DNA of 28,281 bases. It comes from an uncultured Acidimicrobiaceae bacterium. Lineage in GTDB: Bacteria; Actinomycetota; Acidimicrobiia; Spongiisociales; ZC4RG35. The DNA lies in assembly GCA_964479135.1 (NCBI GenBank), contig CAYZKF010000001.1, forward strand, positions 1 to 28,281, written 5' to 3'. The notes beneath the pieces are model-generated. The model was not told the DNA's origin, searched no databases, and saw nothing but the letters and a program-made list of their open reading frames with translations. The first letter of the stretch is position 1; each line of letters opens with the position of its first letter. Shown one piece after another: positions 26,245 through 28,281 of this stretch. The position numbers and the translations under genes are program-made.

Positions 26245-26358
26245 GAATAGGTGTCACCCGGGACAGCCCATGAAGCGAACATAGACCGACTGGAACCAGG
26301 TGGGGATGGTCGGAGCCCCGGCGGCCGGTAGCCGCTTTCGGCCACTAGGGTCTGGTCC

Positions 26359-26685
26359 ATGGCCGACCAGAATGCAACGAGCCTGAGCCCGATCGAACGG
26401 GTGGTAACCAGGCTCCACGACGCCGGGGCCAGCCCCTCGGAGATCGGGAGCAGAATCGGCAAGAAGCCGGGAACGGTGGCTCGGATCCTCGACATGGCAT
26501 CTCTCCGATCTCAGGCCGATTCCCCGCCCCGAGACGACAACGATCCACTCCGCCCGGTCGAGAGAGTGGTCCTCCGCCTCCGTGCCACGGGCGAGGGGTA
26601 CAGCGAGATCGGCAACCGTCTCGGCCGGAGTGGTCGCCAGGTCAGAGAGATCGAGCGTTTCGCCCGTCTCAAACTGACCGACTGA
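26359..26685 (+). CDS. Small protein made of two tandem sigma4/LuxR-like HTH repeats
   Basis: LSPIERVVTRLHDAGASPSEIGSRIGKKPGTV and LRPVERVVLRLRATGEGYSEIGNRLGRSGRQV. Confidence 0.75.
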   Translation: MADQNATSLSPIERVVTRLHDAGASPSEIGSRIGKKPGTVARILDMASLRSQADSPPRDDNDPLRPVERVVLRLRATGEGYSEIGNRLGRSGRQVREIERFARLKLTD

Positions 26686-26709
26686 CCGGCCCGGCGTGGG
26701 CTGACCGAG

Positions 26710-27192
26710 TCAGAGTCGAGAGGAAGTGTCCTCTTCCTCTGTGGCCACTCGGTCGACCACGATGGTGGGGAAGCCCAACGCGGCCAGAAGCCCGACGACA
26801 CCGATGATGACGTAGAGCACGCCCAACTCCCGTCCACCGCCAAACGCGGAATTGAAGGCGTTGGGCTCGATGGCCACGATGGCGCCAAACGCGATCGTCA
26901 CTGTTCCCAGGCCAAGCATTGATCCCTTCATGGCCGGCGACGATGCCGCGCCCAGGAACAAGAGCCCGGCGGCGATGTCGATCATCCCCATCAGGGCGGT
27001 ATGGCCAAAGCCGAGCACTGTGGTGGTCTCCCCGGTCAACGAGGTGAGCCCGACCCGTGCCAGGGCGACCCCACCGACCACGATGAGGAAGAGCCCGATA
27101 GCCCCGGCGATGACCTGCCCCGGGCTGACGACTCTGCGGTCGACGGTGCGTCGGCGCTCCCTCACCGTATGGGTGTGTCCAGGTTCAGTCAT
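26710..27192 (-). CDS. Hypothetical 4-TM membrane protein
   Basis: ATG at 27192 and four hydrophobic segments; the longer ORF-track version only reads through the repeat array. Confidence 0.75.
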   Translation of the reverse strand: MTEPGHTHTVRERRRTVDRRVVSPGQVIAGAIGLFLIVVGGVALARVGLTSLTGETTTVLGFGHTALMGMIDIAAGLLFLGAASSPAMKGSMLGLGTVTIAFGAIVAIEPNAFNSAFGGGRELGVLYVIIGVVGLLAALGFPTIVVDRVATEEEDTSSRL

Positions 27193-27263
27193 TTTTCGCT
27201 CCGTTCTCGACGAACCAAAGCCACATACCCGGACCCTGACCAAGTTAAACCCCTTCGACCCGC

Positions 27264-27514
27264 TGTCCCCCTGCGGAGCGGGGGGACAGCCCGAAGCGAA
27301 GCGAGGGCGAGGGGGGAACGGTCTCCGACGCGAGAGCGGGTCCCCCCCTCGACGGCCTGACGGCCATCGGTCCCCCCGTGAACGGGGGGACACCAAACGG
27401 AGCGAGGGGACCGCCAGGTGTCCCCCTGCGGAGCGGGGGGACCGCCCGAAGTGAAGCGAGGGCGAGGGGGGAACGGTCCCGGACACCAGACGGAGCGTCG
27501 GGACACCACACGGA
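27264..27514. repeat. REP/BIME-like array: two 60-bp copies (period 155 bp) plus related hairpins
   Basis: 27264-27323 versus 27419-27478 is 58/60 identical, each with a tgtccccc/ggggac hairpin; a third hairpin at 27370-27391; ggacaccaNacgga at 27388, 27481 and 27501. Confidence 0.88.
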
Positions 27515-27623
27515 AGGAACCCCCAAACGTCCTCAACGGGTCTTCGAGGCTCAGGCCGACACCGACGTGTCCCATCTGATAGCTTCCCGGGTGGTCGCGT
27601 CGTCATCGCCGTAAGGGCTCACT

Positions 27624-28124
27624 GTGAAGGTATCCATGACGGTCAACGGGCGGTCGGTCACCGCCGAAGTCGAACCTAGAACCCTTCTGGTTCACTTCCT
27701 GCGCGAAGACCAACGACTCACCGGGACACATGTCGGGTGTGAGACCGGTTACTGCGGTGCCTGCACCATCCACCTCGACGGTGAGCCGGTCAAGTCGTGC
27801 ACCATGTTCGCTGTTCAGGCAGACGGGGCCACCATTACCACCATCGAAGGTCTCGCCCAGAACGGGGAGCTCCACCCGGTTCAAGAGGGTTTCTGGGAGC
27901 GTCACGGCCTCCAGTGCGGCTTCTGTACGCCGGGGATGATCATGTCGTCTGTGGCCCTGCTCAACAAGAACCACCGCCCCACTGAGGATGAGATCCGGCA
28001 CGGGATCGAGGGCAATCTCTGCCGGTGCACCGGATACCACAACATCGTCCGGGCGGTCCAATACGCCGGAGCGAAGATGCGCGGCGAAGAGCCACCATCT
28101 CCCGACTGGTCGGGGGATGGCTGA
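27624..28124 (+). CDS. coxS: (2Fe-2S) small subunit of the CO dehydrogenase/xanthine dehydrogenase family (CoxS/CutS-like)
   Basis: [30 protein letters not shown] and GNLCRCTGY. Confidence 0.92.
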   Translation: MKVSMTVNGRSVTAEVEPRTLLVHFLREDQRLTGTHVGCETGYCGACTIHLDGEPVKSCTMFAVQADGATITTIEGLAQNGELHPVQEGFWERHGLQCGFCTPGMIMSSVALLNKNHRPTEDEIRHGIEGNLCRCTGYHNIVRAVQYAGAKMRGEEPPSPDWSGDG

Positions 28125-28281
28125 TGACAACCACCATCGCATGACTCTGGGTCGAGCAGACCCGACGGGAACCCTTTTCCAGGCGCGGCTGCCTGCTGTC
28201 ACTGGCCCCGACACCGCCCCAGGTCGCATGTGTAGGCTCGGCGAGGACATGCAGGGCGAAGGCCCGGAGCGTCCCGAGGTG

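Noticed and set aside
27264-27478. CRISPR array or coding repeat (ORFs 26852-27454, 27001-27360, 27189-27575)
   Set aside because: Two 60-bp units 95 bp apart do not fit CRISPR, and the ORFs are low-complexity read-throughs of GC-rich repeats or antisense to the membrane gene
2-28250. Numerous long overlapping ORFs in the track (e.g. 2-505, 1415-2236, 2569-3387, 7795-8355, 10390-11304, 15731-16666, 16227-17432, 20590-21351, 23034-23825, 27603-28250)
   Set aside because: They are antisense or off-frame shadows of well-supported genes, typical of high-GC DNA, with Arg/Pro/Gly-rich low-information translations

Overview
This is a high-GC chromosomal window, most likely from an Actinomycetota genome and possibly Acidimicrobiia. 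That placement is inferred from the WhiB-family gene, the PspC-kinase cluster and TTG/GTG overlapping starts. It holds about 33 mostly housekeeping or stress CDSs, including an RPH/PEP-synthase-like dikinase operon with a PAP2 phosphatase, nitrobindin, an RpoD-type sigma, a PspC two-component cluster, a class III cyclase-TPR protein, an ALDH, LCP, YbaK, HIT, an LLM oxidoreductase and CoxS. It also has two tRNAs (Val-TAC and CAT/Ile2-like) and two REP-like repeat arrays. Two structures are not visible in the ORF track. (1) A whiB7/wblC-like gene (7246-7560, minus strand) is split by a single in-frame TAG between its four-Cys Fe-S domain and its GVWGG/AT-hook half. It keeps an intact uORF/terminator/antiterminator leader and converges on a sigma factor that carries the WhiB-docking His-Pro motif. 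(2) Both tRNAs have a displaced copy of their 3' end about 1 kb downstream. These copies bracket integrase-free micro-islets (942 bp and 1226 bp repeat-to-repeat) whose cargo genes appear to carry their own leaderless-type promoters. One islet also encodes an unannotated 25-aa membrane peptide. All calls come from reading motifs by eye; no database searches were run.
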